This document shows positions 1 through 13,032 of a DNA stretch of 64,000 bases, piece by piece. The stretch lies in assembly GCF_016432865.1 (NCBI RefSeq), contig NC_067403.1, forward strand, positions 201,872,001 to 201,936,000, read 5' to 3'. A program made the translations under genes and the position numbers. Each line of letters starts with the position of its first letter. Position 1 is the stretch's first letter. The notes under the pieces were generated by a model that had not been told where the DNA came from, did no database searches, and saw only the letters and a program-made list of their open reading frames with translations. Source of the stretch: Antechinus flavipes. Its lineage: Eukaryota.

Positions 1-84
1 ATTACCTATAAGGCCCTTTCTAGTTCTGAATCTATCTTATGTTTTCTACCTTAATTTGCCAGATTTGCCAGATGGAAGAAAGCT

Positions 85-340
85 TAATGGTACTGGAGAA
101 TGTTTAACCTAGAGAAAAGAAGACTTAGTTGGGGATGGAGTGGGGAAGACACAGTAGCTGTCTTTCAAATGTCTGAAAGGCTGTTATGTGAATTGCATGG
201 AGGCACATTTTGGTTCAACATAAAGAAAATGTTTCTAACATTTAGAAGCAGCAAAGGCTGCTTCTAAATATGGGAGTTAACCCTCAGCCCTTTAAGGGCT
301 GAATGGCCTTTGCTCAGAATGTCATGGAAGGATTCCTATT
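85..340 (+). mobile_element. CR1/L3 LINE 3' relic
   Basis: Resembles the L3 3' region (tttaacctagagaaaagaagact...gtctttcaaatgtctgaaaggctgttatgtg...aagaaaatgtttctaaca). Confidence 0.6.
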
Positions 341-399
341 TAGGGAATGACTCAGAATTTTTTCTCTCTCCAAATCAGTTGTCCTCTTAACTTCCTTGT

Positions 400-940
400 T
401 TCTTTTGATGGCACTACCAACCTTCCAGGCTCATTACCTCAAAATCACCTTTGACTCTTCCTTCTTCCTCTCTTCTCACACTCCGTTGGTTTCTAAGTCC
501 AGTTGTTTTCATCACCACAATTTATCTCATATCTATCCCTTCCGTTCCCCTCGGTTGCTCTGTTTCAGGCCTATCACCTCACATCTGGACAACAGTCATC
601 ATGTTAGTCTCTCCCTCTTCAAACTTTCCCTCTCATGATGCCAGTTGGAAAAGTCAGTTCCCTGGCACTCTCAAAAACCTTTAAGTTGCTTCCCACTGAC
701 TAGAATAGAATTTAGCTTGGCATCCAAAGCCCTCCATGATCTATTTCTAACCTCCCACTTTGTCAGCCTGCTCTCCCACTGTTTCCCTACAGAAACCTTT
801 CAGCCATATTAAGCTCCTCATTTCTCTTTACCTTCCAGGGTTGTTTTCTCTCCTTATGTTTCTCCTCCTTCAGAATCCTTGATTGGAGTGCCTTCACCCT
901 CTGCTTTCCCTCTCTGAATCCTGTTTATTCTTCAGGAGCC
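400..940 (+). mobile_element. L2 LINE relic
   Basis: Pyrimidine-rich, L2-like 3' ORF2 sequence (ttggcatccaaagccctccatgatct...). Confidence 0.55.
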
Positions 941-1589
941 AGATTGTCCCACCATTTCCACGATGCCTTCCATGGCCCAGCCACTGAACCTAAAACAGAG
1001 GCAGATTGGCCACTCAATAGGTAGGCTATAGTAGCATACTACCATGTGGTTGTTAAGGACCCTTTCAATGGTCAGGTTGTATTACGCTGTAATTCATAAA
1101 CAGCTGTCACTGATTTCCATTAAGCCTTTGCTATGTTTCAGACCCACATTGACACTGAAACAGGAATAAACCACATTATACAGGCAACAAGAATTTTGGA
1201 TTTGAAGTCATGGAACCCGTGTTAAAGTTTGAATTCTTCTGTTTTCTGTGTGACCTTACTTTTGGTTAGTTACTCTCTCTGGCCCACAGTATCCTCATCT
1301 ACAAGATGAGGAGGCTTTGATCTCTGAGGTAAAACCTGGATCTAAATATGTGATTCCATGTCTGTCTGGCCTGTGGTTATTTTCCCTTTTTGAGGAAGAT
1401 ATGTCTTTGACCCTGGATGTATTATTGGTCCATTCATAATCTTCCTGGGCTCTGCCTCCTTTTCAATTTCTCCCATCCCTCCCTCTCTCCCATGTACACC
1501 AGCCTCCCAGGAACAGGACCTCATGGCTAAACAGGATGAAAGTTTTCTTGGAAAATCGAACTTCTAAGGCTCTTTTCTCTTTATGTTAT

Positions 1590-4500
1590 ATTTTTTAATT
1601 TTCCTTTTGTATTTTTTTAAATTTTAAACTTAAATACAAAATGAGAAAAGAAAAAATAAACATTGCCATGTACACAGCAGATCATAAAAGAGGATTCAAT
1701 GTAAAACAATGAATTTCCATTTGAAGAAAATGTATGTAATAAACATTATACCTTGTTTTCAAAGCTACCTAGCTTTTCTTTGCTTTCTTGTTGGTTTTCT
1801 TTTGTTCTTTGCTGTGCACTTTTAACTTTATTTTTTTTTCGTCCTTCCTCCCACCCAATTAAGCTTGGAAATATATATGTATGGGTAAATATATGTAAAT
1901 ATATACATATATGTATATATACTCATATATATATATATATATGTAAGACCAATGCTTATTTCTTCCTATCATTTGAAGGTAGATTGTATCTCCCTTTATA
2001 AGTCCAAGTCTTTTTATGTTTTTTAAAATCATGCAACATTTCATTTCTTACATCACAGCAAAATTCCAACCCAATCACATCTTATCTGAGAGATTATCTG
2101 TGAAGGTTCCCTGCCACCAATTTTCTGCATTTCTTCTATTCCTGGCTACATAGGTTTTATTTATACAAGAATTTTTAAATTTAAAATAATTAAAATTATC
2201 CTTTTTATATTTCAACAATGTTCTCACCTTATAATATAATTTAGAGTCTGATACTGATGAATCTACTTCCTTTATATCGTTTTTTTCCTGGTTTCTTTGA
2301 CCTTTTTCTAACTTAGTGAAATAATTTTTGTAATATACTTGGAATGGCTTTCAATAATTAGATTAAATAGGTAAAGTTGTCATTTTAAAAATTATATTAG
2401 TTTTATCTTAACCACGAACAGTAAATATTATGCCAATTATTTATACCTGAGTTGATTTGTATAAAACATATTTTATCTTTATGTTCATATAGTTCCTGTC
2501 TCTATTTTAGGAGATATATGCTCAGGTATTTTATACTGTCTAAGTATTTGGTAAGTAAATGGTCTGAAATAATATTGAATAATATTGCTGATACATAGGG
2601 TAGTTTTTAAATTTTTCACTTTTGATTAAATCTAATTTAACTTTGTCTGAAATCATGATTACCATTCCTGCTTTTCTACACACTAAATTCTACTCCTGCC
2701 TTTTATTTTATCTTTGTGTATATCTTTTGCTTTAATAATATTTCCTGAAAGCAACATATTGTTAAATTCAATTTTTTAATCTATCTGTTTTATCTGTTTT
2801 TTTAATCTGTTTTATCTATCTGTTTTTTTAATCTATCTGTTTTATCTATCTGTTTTTTTAAATCTATCTGTTTTATTGGGAAATTCATCACATTCACATT
2901 CTAAGATACAATTATATGTTGTAGATTTTTTCCTTCCTTTTCCCCCCTCACCATCCTAATTTATTACTCCATTTATCCAATCCCTCCTCATGTCTTTGCT
3001 TTTACTTCTATTAATGTAATTAAGTTGTAGTCCCAAGATATGGGGAATAATGCCCCATGCTGCAGGTCCTTCTTACTGTTACTTTCTGAAGTCTGTCTTG
3101 GACCCAACTTTGGGCTTTCCTTTCCACTCCTAAGCCCCAACCACAGTGTCCAGCATATGATCTTGCCCCTGCCTTGCCCTTTTATTCTTTAACCTAAGAG
3201 CCCTTCCTTACTCCCAACCCCAGTCTCCTTGCCATCTTCTTTCTTGCTGAATTTAGAAGCTTTTATATCCTTCTAGATATGTATGATGTTCTCTCTTTAA
3301 CCCATTCCCCCTGAAAGTAAGGTTCTAGCACTACCCACTCTCCTCTCTATAGCTTCTTGTATATCAATTTTTCCTTTTATGCTCCATTTGTATGAGACAT
3401 GTATTCCTTTTGTTTTCTCCCTACACATTTTTTAAAATTCACTTTATCATACTTAGTTCAGTCTAAGCATTTCTTTCAGACTACCCAAATGATGATGACA
3501 ATCATAAAAGTACTGCTAATATTGTCACATATACGAAGTAAATAATTTGACTTTATTAAGTCCCATATAACTGGTCTTTGATGTTTACCTTATATTTTTC
3601 CTGAATGTTATGTGTCGAATTTTCCATTAAGTTTTGCTTTATTTTGTGTCACAAATACCTATAAATCTTTCAATTTGTTGAATTTTTTTTTTCATTCAGG
3701 ATTATACTTAACTATTCTGGATAATATAACCCCAGCTCTTTTACTGTACAGAATATAGTATGCTAAGATTTCTGATCCTTCAACATGGTAGCTGATAGAT
3801 AATTCTTATTGTAGTGCTATGATATTAAAAAGAAAAAATTTCCAGTTCTTTCTCCTTAACCTGAGAACTTTGAAACTTGACTATGATATTCCTGTAATTT
3901 TTCCTTTTGGGATCTCTTTCAGGTAGTAATTGGTAATTTTAAAAAAATTTCTGCTTTGCCTTCTTGTTCTAGAACTTTAGGGGAATTTTCTTGATAATTT
4001 TTTATCATATTGTTTCAAGATTCTTTTTTTTAATCATAATTTTCAGGTAGTCCAACTATTTTTATATTATTTCTCCTGGATCTGTTTTCTAGATCCAGAA
4101 AGTGAAACAGTTGTTTCACTTTCTCTTCTATTTTTTCATTTTTTAAATTTTGCTTTGTGATTTCTTGGTATCTTAGAATGTCATTTGCTTCCCCTTGCCC
4201 AATTCCAATTCTCAAGGAATTATTTTCTTCTTGATTTTTTGATTTTTCCATTTCCATTTGATTTATTTTCTTTTCATTTCCTTGGATTGCTCTTATTTTT
4301 TTCCCCTTCAGTCTCTCTTCTTTGATTTTTAAAGTCCTTTTTAAATTATTCCAATAACTCTTTTTGTGTTTGGTTCCATTTGGTTTTTCTCATTGAAAAA
4401 GGACAGACTTTTTTTTTTTTTTTTTTTAGCTCCATCATCTTTCTCTAAATATGAACCCAGGTCTTCTCTATCCCCATAGAAACTCTCTGTGGTTGGATTC

Positions 4501-5235
4501 TTTCTCCTTTGCTAATCATATTTATTTACTTATTATTTTATTTTCTTTTTAGCCAATATTAATGTAATTAAGTTGTAGTCCCAAGGTATGGGGAATAATG
4601 CCCCATGCTGCAGGTCCTTCTTACTGTTACTTTCTGAAGTCTGTCCTGGGCCCAACTTTGGGCTCTCCTTTCCACTCTTAAGCCCCAACTAGTGTCCAGC
4701 ACATGATCTTGCCCCTGTAGTCCCTCCTGTGATTGAAGCTACAGCTGTCCTCCCTGGCCCAGAACTGAAACCAGAGATTCTCTTCTCCTTCGAGTGCCCA
4801 CATCCACCCGGGTTATTGCCTTTACCAGGTGTGTGTTAGCTTCTTCTCCCTGCAGCCACAACCCAGCATGCATTTGTTCAGTACAGCTGTGCTTGGCAGT
4901 GGAAACAGTGGAAAGCCCTTCAGTCTTCTCCTATTCAGACATCAGACCCCCACACTATTAGGAGAAAGTGTTTAAGGCTGAGGGTCTTTCTTGACTCAGC
5001 TGCCCCTAAGGCTTGTTGCCTGTTGATTTTGCACAATTGGCCAGGAAGTTTTTGCACCAGACCTCAACTCCTGGTCTTTGCTGGACATATTGACTCTGGA
5101 GAACAGCTGCTGTACCCCTTGTTTATTTCTGCTGCTCTGATGCAATATTCTGTCTCTTTTAATGGAGGAAATTTGAAGAGCCAAGAGTTTTCTGATCTCC
5201 TCCAACATCTTTCCAGCTATATTATGTTTTGTTAA
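1590..5235 (-). mobile_element. Old L1 LINE, degraded composite (5' region, ORF1 remnant, endonuclease remnant, 3' end)
   Basis: ORF 4030-4257 has DLENRSRRNNIKIVGLPE, the start of the L1 ORF1p RRM. Positions 2643-2675 translate on - to KAGMVIMISDK, resembling the L1 endonuclease motif KAGVAILISDK. Confidence 0.85.
2777..2877. repeat. Degenerate minisatellite, unit about 30 bp (aatctatctgttttatctatctgttttttt), 3-4 copies
   Basis: Tandem units are visible directly in the sequence. Confidence 0.85.
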
Positions 5236-6058
5236 GATTCTAATACCTAGTTGTCACCAAGAAATAAAGTTAGCTTTGATGTTAAAAAAAAAAAAAAAGA
5301 ACAAATAGTTATCCAAAAGTAGAACTGGATGGGAGGTAGTGAGCTCTCTAATCCTGAGTCTCTTTAAGTGAATTTCTGTTTGGTTTTGGATGGGTTTAGA
5401 TGAATTCTGTGGTCCTTTGTGGTTTGAGACCATGTGATCTGATTCCATATATAGCATTATTGGCGGCTATTAGCATAAACATGTTAGTCCTCTCTGGAGA
5501 AGATGAATTTTAATGGGAACCTGGACTAGATTGTGCCTTAACCTGAAGTAATGAAGTACACATGGAAGCGTTTCAGGCACAATGACAGGAGAGGAGAGCA
5601 TATGATCTTTCTCCTGTGGCCACTTGGATTTTTCTGGTGCAATTCTAGTTCCTGTGTTGCTCTCTGTCTCTAACAAGAGAATAGAGATTTAAAAAAAAAA
5701 TTAGTTAGTTGACATATTTTTACTGAGTTCCTCTCTTTCACGTCCTGCTCTTTGCAAGGTTAAGCAGTGGGGAAAACAGGAAAAGGAGTACATTTTGTTA
5801 TTTTTGCCTTTATGGGTCTCTAACTTTCCTTGTATGGGAAAGATGGGATCCATTGTGAACATGGGCTTACCTGTTGGATATGGACAGATGTCATGTAAAG
5901 GAGGAGAAATCAATTTGAATTGGCTGCCTCTTTCCCTCCAACCAATGCTATCTCTTACTTTCCTCAGCTCCCTTCACTTGCTCAAGTGCAACTTCCTATG
6001 GGAGATCTTTCCTAGATTCCTCTGTTCCTCAAATTGTTAGGGTTTCTTTCTTCTAGAT

Positions 6059-6229
6059 CCCAGCTTCTTAATCCCCATATGGGATCACCTAATTGAATGT
6101 AGGAGGTCTCAAAATTATGATTTATTATGTATTGATGTTTTATACCTATTTTATTTATCTATATACTCAGGGACACAAAATTTTCTTGGGCAAAAAGGGG
6201 TCACAAGAGGCAAAGTTTAAGAAGCCCTG
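6059..6229 (-). mobile_element. Non-autonomous hAT/Charlie-type MITE, family A copy 1
   Basis: Terminal inverted repeats (TIRs) cccagcttcttaa...agtttaagaagccctg; near-TSD ttctagat/ctttagat resembling the NTCTAGAN target. Confidence 0.7.
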
Positions 6230-6375
6230 CTTTAGATAACTTGATATTTGCTTTGTATAAATTTTGTATTTACTTATCTATCTCTGATGGAATCTATCAA
6301 CCAATAAACATTACTAAGTGCCTACTATGTGTCAAGAACTGTGCTAAACATTGGATTACAAACAGAGACAAAAGG

Positions 6376-6557
6376 CAAACTTTTTAAATAGGGGGCCAGT
6401 TCACTGTCCCTCAGACTGTTGGAGGGCCGGACTACAGTAAAAACAAAAACTTTGTTTTGTGGGCCTTTAAATAAAGAAACTTCATGGCCCTGGGTGAGGG
6501 GAATAAACATCCTCAGCTGCCACATCTGGCCCGTGGGCCGTAGTTTGAGGACCCCTG
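6376..6557 (-). mobile_element. OC1 (OposCharlie1)-like hAT MITE, one TIR truncated
   Basis: Ends in AGTTTGAGGACCCCTG and is near-identical to the copy at 53507-53697; the other end lacks the first 10 nt or so of the TIR. Confidence 0.85.
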
Positions 6558-7957
6558 CTCTAAGGTATAAGGTAGGAGATTGCATGCAAACAAAATATAT
6601 ACAGAGTGAATGATGTACAGGATAAAAAGGAAATAATTAAAAGAGGGAAGGCACTGGAATTAAAAGGGGATACTCTATTTACTCGAGGGCAGGAATTTTT
6701 TCCTTTTGGTTTTATTTCTTCAGAGCCTTCACAATACCTGGCACCTAGTAAACATTTGCTAAATGCTTGTTGGAGTGAGTTGGGATGGAATTGATAGGAA
6801 GGATTCATGAAAGTAGGTGTTGAAAAATATATAGGGCAGGAGCAGAAGAAAGAGGAGGACTGTATTCTAGGTTGGGATGGGGCAGTGAAGTGCCAGTGGG
6901 CAGTGAAACCAGTGAGACTGGATTGGAGGGAACATGTTGGGGAATACAGGGAAGCAAGTTTGGATAGCCAAGAAGAACAGCTAACATTTATGTGGCTCTT
7001 TCAGGTTTTCAAAGTCTGCTACAGATACTGTCTCATTTGATCCTCACAACTGCCCTGAGTTAAGATATTATTATCTTTTTATTAAAGACAAGGAAACAGG
7101 TTCAGAGAGGTAAAATGATTTTCTATGGGCTCCCAGCTAACAGGTGTTCAAGGCTGGATTTGAATAGAAGTCTTCCTGACTTCAAATCAAAGCTCTTTCT
7201 ACTAAATAGTAGTGTCTCCTTAAAGGTAAGGTAAGGCTAAGTTGTTGAGTGTCTTAAATGTTTTTCTTCTGCTCATAGATTGACATAATTTCATGTAATT
7301 ATACAAGTATTTTTTAATTGCAAAGAGGAAATCACATGCCTCGAGGGATGTTACCAGGCAACAAGACTGGTCTCAGAATCACAGACTATCAGAACGGGAA
7401 GGGACCTTAGTGACATCTAGTCCATTCATCTGATTTTATAGATGGGGAAACTGACCCTAGAGAGGAACTTTGTTTGCCCACAGTCATGTAGCCCCCCAAT
7501 GGTAGCCCTGGGATAATACCCAGGTTTCCTGTCTCTCAGATCAGTGTTCAGGAAATGACTTCATTCCTCAGAGCAGAAGGAAGCTAGCGAGGCAGCCATC
7601 ACCTCCAAAGGGGCTCGAGAGAAACTGATGCTTTGAGTTTTGTTTATTTTTGACATACTGCCAATAAGCAACACTTCCCCCTTTCACTTCACTTGTCAGG
7701 AATACATGCCCCACCACTTCTCTGCTCTCCTTATCATTCAACAGCAAAAAAGGGAAGTAACTTTCTTCCACCTTTTCCTTCCTTTCCACTTAAGGTCTTT
7801 TGTAGAGCTAAAATCTGATGGCTCTGCTACTTCTCTAATCTAACCTTTCCCTAATAAGCTCATTATTGAGGCAAGGCAGTAGGGTGAGCAGTGTCCTGCA
7901 AAAGGGAGATTGAAAACCTGAATTCTTGGTGCCAGTAAGTCACTGTGTAACGTTAAC

Positions 7958-8103
7958 TTTTTTCCACCCTGAGGCAATTGGGATTAAGTGACTTGCCCAG
8001 GGTCACACAGCTAGGAAATGTTAAGTGTCTGGGACCAGATTTGAACTCAGGTCCTCCTGACTTCAGGGCTGGTGCTCTATCCCCTGAACCACCTAGCTAC
8101 CCC
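7958..8103 (-). mobile_element. WSINE1-type marsupial CORE-SINE
   Basis: gaggcaattgggattaagtgacttgcccagggtcacacag...acctagctacccc, with flanking repeat actgtgtaac. Confidence 0.85.
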
Positions 8104-8305
8104 ACTGTGTAACTTTGACCAGGAACTGACCATCCCTGTCTCTGTCTTTGCTCATCGATTGCTTGCTTGGCTGAAGAATGGCCAAGCTTCCTAATACTTA
8201 GATTCTATTCACTAATCACTAATCACACATCTTGTGACGATAGGTGAAGAGAAGGAAGCTGAAAGCCTTGGAGATTTATAAAGTCACCCCTATGTGTGAA
8301 AGATC

Positions 8306-8418
8306 TTTAATTTAAATTTTAAATTAAATTTAATTTAATTAAAATTAATTTTTTAATAAAAAATAAATTTAATCAAAAATAAAATTAAAATAAATTTAAA
8401 ATTTAATTTAATTTAAAT
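8306..8418. repeat. 113-bp almost pure A/T low-complexity tract
   Basis: Contains a single C (8374) and no G. Confidence 0.9.
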
Positions 8419-8800
8419 CTTGCTTTCAGGGACAACAAGATAACTCCCGGAGGAGAGGAGTTCAGATCAAGGGTGATAATGTGGACTCAGGGCCAGCCCT
8501 TTCTCCCCTATGGATTCATTTGATCTCTGTGCTGATCCCTGGGTCTGCAAGGTCTGGCTCTCTGAACTTCTCTGGGAAGTCCCATCTCCTTCTCTCTGCC
8601 TAGAATGTCCTCCTCCCATCTGTCCCTCTATATCTTTGGAGTCCCCAAGCTTCACCTGTTCTAACATTTCTTTGGGCTTTGAATTTATAATCCCAGGATG
8701 AGAGTGCCAGCTCTTTCAAAAGGCCTTTCCCAGTTACTCTGCTTATTAGGTATGCCCTTCCCTGTACCCCTGCCCTCAGTCCTACACACACACTCCATGG

Positions 8801-8872
8801 GTGACTCAGCCCTGAGGGAAGGGCGTAGGCTTTGAGATGATGAACCAGTTCTCTTTGGGTCTGCTGAGTCAT
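8801..8872. promoter_or_regulatory. Paired ARE/MARE (NRF2/BACH1/NF-E2-sMaf) motifs in SLC49A3 intron 1
   Basis: GTGACTCAGC at 8801-8810 (+) and TGCTGAGTCAT at 8862-8872 (ATGACTCAGCA on -), in non-repeat sequence. Confidence 0.45.
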
Positions 8873-8923
8873 CAGCTTTTCCTGCTGGTTTGTCATCTCC
8901 AAGCTTGAGCTCTTTAGGACTTA

Positions 8924-9163
8924 CACCAGTTATTTTCAGTGTGTCCTACTCTTTGTGACCCCATTTGGGGTTTTCTCAGCAAAGATACTGGAATGGCTTG
9001 CCTTTTCCTTCTCCAGTTCATTTTACAGTTGGGGAAACTGAGGCAAACAGGGTTAAATGAGTTGCCCAGAGTTGCATGGACAATAAGTGTCTGAGGATAG
9101 ATTTGAACTGAGGAAGATGAGTCTTCTTGATTCCAGGCCTAGTGCTCTATCTACTGTACCACC
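8924..9163 (-). mobile_element. MAR1-type SINE (CORE plus RTE/BovB-like tail)
   Basis: gtgaccccatttggggttttctcagcaaagatactggaatgg...gaaactgaggcaaacagggttaa. Confidence 0.85.
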
Positions 9164-9820
9164 CAAAACCAACCAAATAAAAAATAACTGTGCTGTTTAG
9201 GTCTGGAAGCCTTCCAGTTGTATGTATCCTGTATTTGCTTGTTTTTGAATTGCTATTCTTCCCTTCCACCAGCAGAATGTAAGAACCTTGAGAGACCTGT
9301 CTCATTTTTTGTATTTATGTCTCCAGTATCTACCCACAAATGCCCCGTACAGAAGGTGGCCATAACATGCTGCTGATTGAGTGGCTTCCAACATTTCCTG
9401 GGTCAGATCCTAACTCTGACACCGATTGTGTAATGAGGGGCGAATGGCAACTTCTGAGCCCTAGTTTCTTCATGGTAGACTAGGTATAATTACACCTATA
9501 TCATCTCATATGAGATAATGTATGTAAAGTGCTTTGCAGACCTCAAAGAACCAGAGAGATGCTGACTATGACTGTATTGCACGAAGCCTTCCTGCTGTGC
9601 CAGTTCTCGGGAATCTCTGCCCTCCTAAATTACATAGTCTGGAGGCCAGCCCAGGAAGGCCTCTTTCTCTGTGCTTTTCTGCTTTTCCTCCCTGCTTCTC
9701 TTTTATCCCCAGACTGGGAGCTTCTTGGGGGCTCAGACTTTTTTAGTGTCTCCCAGGGGGAGATGCTTTTCCTAAGTGCAGGTGATCCCAGAGCCTTTCC
9801 AGATCAGTGGCCAGTGATGA

Positions 9821-10252
<432 letters not shown>

Positions 10253-10527
10253 TGAGCTCCTAGGGGCAAGGGCCATTATTATAGTCCCTCTTCCCCTTCT
10301 TTCAGGGTCAAGTGTATAGATGGGTGGAGGAGCCAGGAGAGAAAATGGATAAATATGGCATACTTGTGTATCCCCCTGAAACTTCTATTTGGGTTTTTCT
10401 TTACTCAGGGATTGTAAAGATATTAACCTTGGTTTAATGAAAAGATTTGGAATCAGAAGGCTTGGGTTCAAATTTGACCTCTGACATTATTTGTCTTATT
10501 TAACTTGAAGTTGTTGGACTAAACTAA

Positions 10528-11160
<633 letters not shown>

Positions 11161-12849
11161 TGAGAAGGGATGTCAGTCAGTGCATGAGCAGTTGTTAAGA
11201 GCCTACCTTGTGCCAGGGACTGTATTAGCCATTTTAGCAAAATTCAGTCCCTGCCCCCGAGGAGCTCACAATCTAGGGGAGGGAAGGAGGAGGGACAGGA
11301 AGCAATAAGTAAATATGTTCAAATGACATCCTGTATACAAAATAAATGGGAAGCACTAGAATTAGGAGGAATGGGGAAAAGCTTCCTGCAGAAGATGCGA
11401 TTCTAGGTGAGTGAGCAGGATCAAAGGGTCAGCTATTGCTATTCCTTAAGGTCTATACTGAGGGTGAAGGCTCATGATCTCTTAAATAGGACATTCTAAC
11501 CACCAAGAAGAAAATATCTAAAACGTCAAATTAAAAAAAAAAAAAAACACTTTACAATTGAGCTTCTTGGTATCTGTCTCTCTCCTAGCTACCTTGGACA
11601 TTACAAGGCCATGTTGTTGAAATTACATCTTTCATCCCGATGTTTTTGCACAAGCTGGATCTTATGCTTATCTTTGTATATATATTATACTATATATATA
11701 TACACACATATATATATAGTATCTATTTCTATATATTGTATATATTTTTAAACTTTTTTCTTTTTGTTGAGGCAATTGGGGTTAAGTTACTTGCCCAGAG
11801 TCACACAGTTATATTGTATATATTTTTAATAAACACATAGATACTTCTTGTTTTTCTTCATAGAATGTAAGCTTTCTGAGGGCAGGAGCTGTTCATTTTT
11901 GTCTTTATGTATCTCCCTGAATTTTCTGTTTGGATTTTTATTTACTGAGGGATTGTAAATATGTCAACCATGGTTTAGTGAAAAGATTTGAAATCAGAGG
12001 GCATGTGCTCAAATTAGACCTCTGACATTACCTGTGTTATATAACCTGAGGTTGTTGGATTAAATGGTCTTTAAAGTCCCTTCTAAATTCTTGGTCCCCA
12101 AGAAAACAATACCATATCTTTGTACCCTCTATTCCAAGTTCTGTCAAGTCCAGGGCCTAACCTAGCACAATGCTGGGCACATAGGTGCTCAATAAATGCT
12201 TATCCTTAATTAGGTATAATTATAGTCATGTTTCCTCCCTCAGTGCTCCAACATTGTTTGGCAAGTGTGTTGCCTTCCCTACCCTTAGGGACCAGGATTG
12301 GCCAAGACCAGTAAGGGAGCTCCCTTGCCCGTCAGAAAGGAGCGTGCAAAGGAGAGGAGACCCTGGCAGAGCTCAGAACCCTAAGAGTGCATCATGAGAG
12401 GCAACATGATACGGTAGATAGAGATAGCATTGAAATCAATGAGCCTCTGGGTCCTGGCTCTGAGCAAACAATTGCACTACTCAGTGCTCTCTAGGCAGCT
12501 TTCTAAGAATGTAACGTAAAGAAAAGCAGCCAGACTACATTGGTAGAGGGGTTTCCTCCTTTGAGAGTTCCCTCCACCAGTGAACCCCCACTGTACCTGT
12601 CTGTACAATTGTGTATATATGAAAACTAAGATATCCTGTGGTTATAATTTTCCTCATGGTTTCTATTTTTAATCTTGTCTCTTCTGCTGCAGTTATGAAC
12701 CATTAAAGGTCTTAGAAAATCTCATGAACTGTGTAGGAGTGAAATGCAGGTGTTGACAGATGGTGGACTTGTATCTTAGCAGGCGTGGGAGGAGACACCT
12801 TGCTCAGGAACAGTAGGTGGAACAGCTGGAAGGGAGTAGGTGGCCAGTC

Positions 12850-13032
12850 TCGGGGGGTTGTGGAAGAGAAGGGTGATTGATGGGGACTCGCATGGGCCGG
12901 CGATAGACCTCCGGAGAGCGAATCTGGCAGGCTGCCCCATCCTGCAGTGGCGTTTATCTGGTGGCTGTGAGATAAAGTAGTTTCATTTCTGTCTTGAGGT
13001 TGAAAGCACAAGTGTAATGAGAATCTGACTCA
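12850..13032. promoter_or_regulatory. Candidate intronic enhancer (local CpG cluster, inverted GATA pair, AP-1 site)
   Basis: TTTATCT at 12953-12959, AGATAAA at 12970-12976 and TGACTCA at 13026-13032, with several CpGs in a CpG-poor intron. Confidence 0.3.

Noticed and set aside
4030-4257. ORF1p-like ORF as a domesticated gene (L1TD1-like)
   Set aside because: Short, and embedded in a frameshifted L1 relic.
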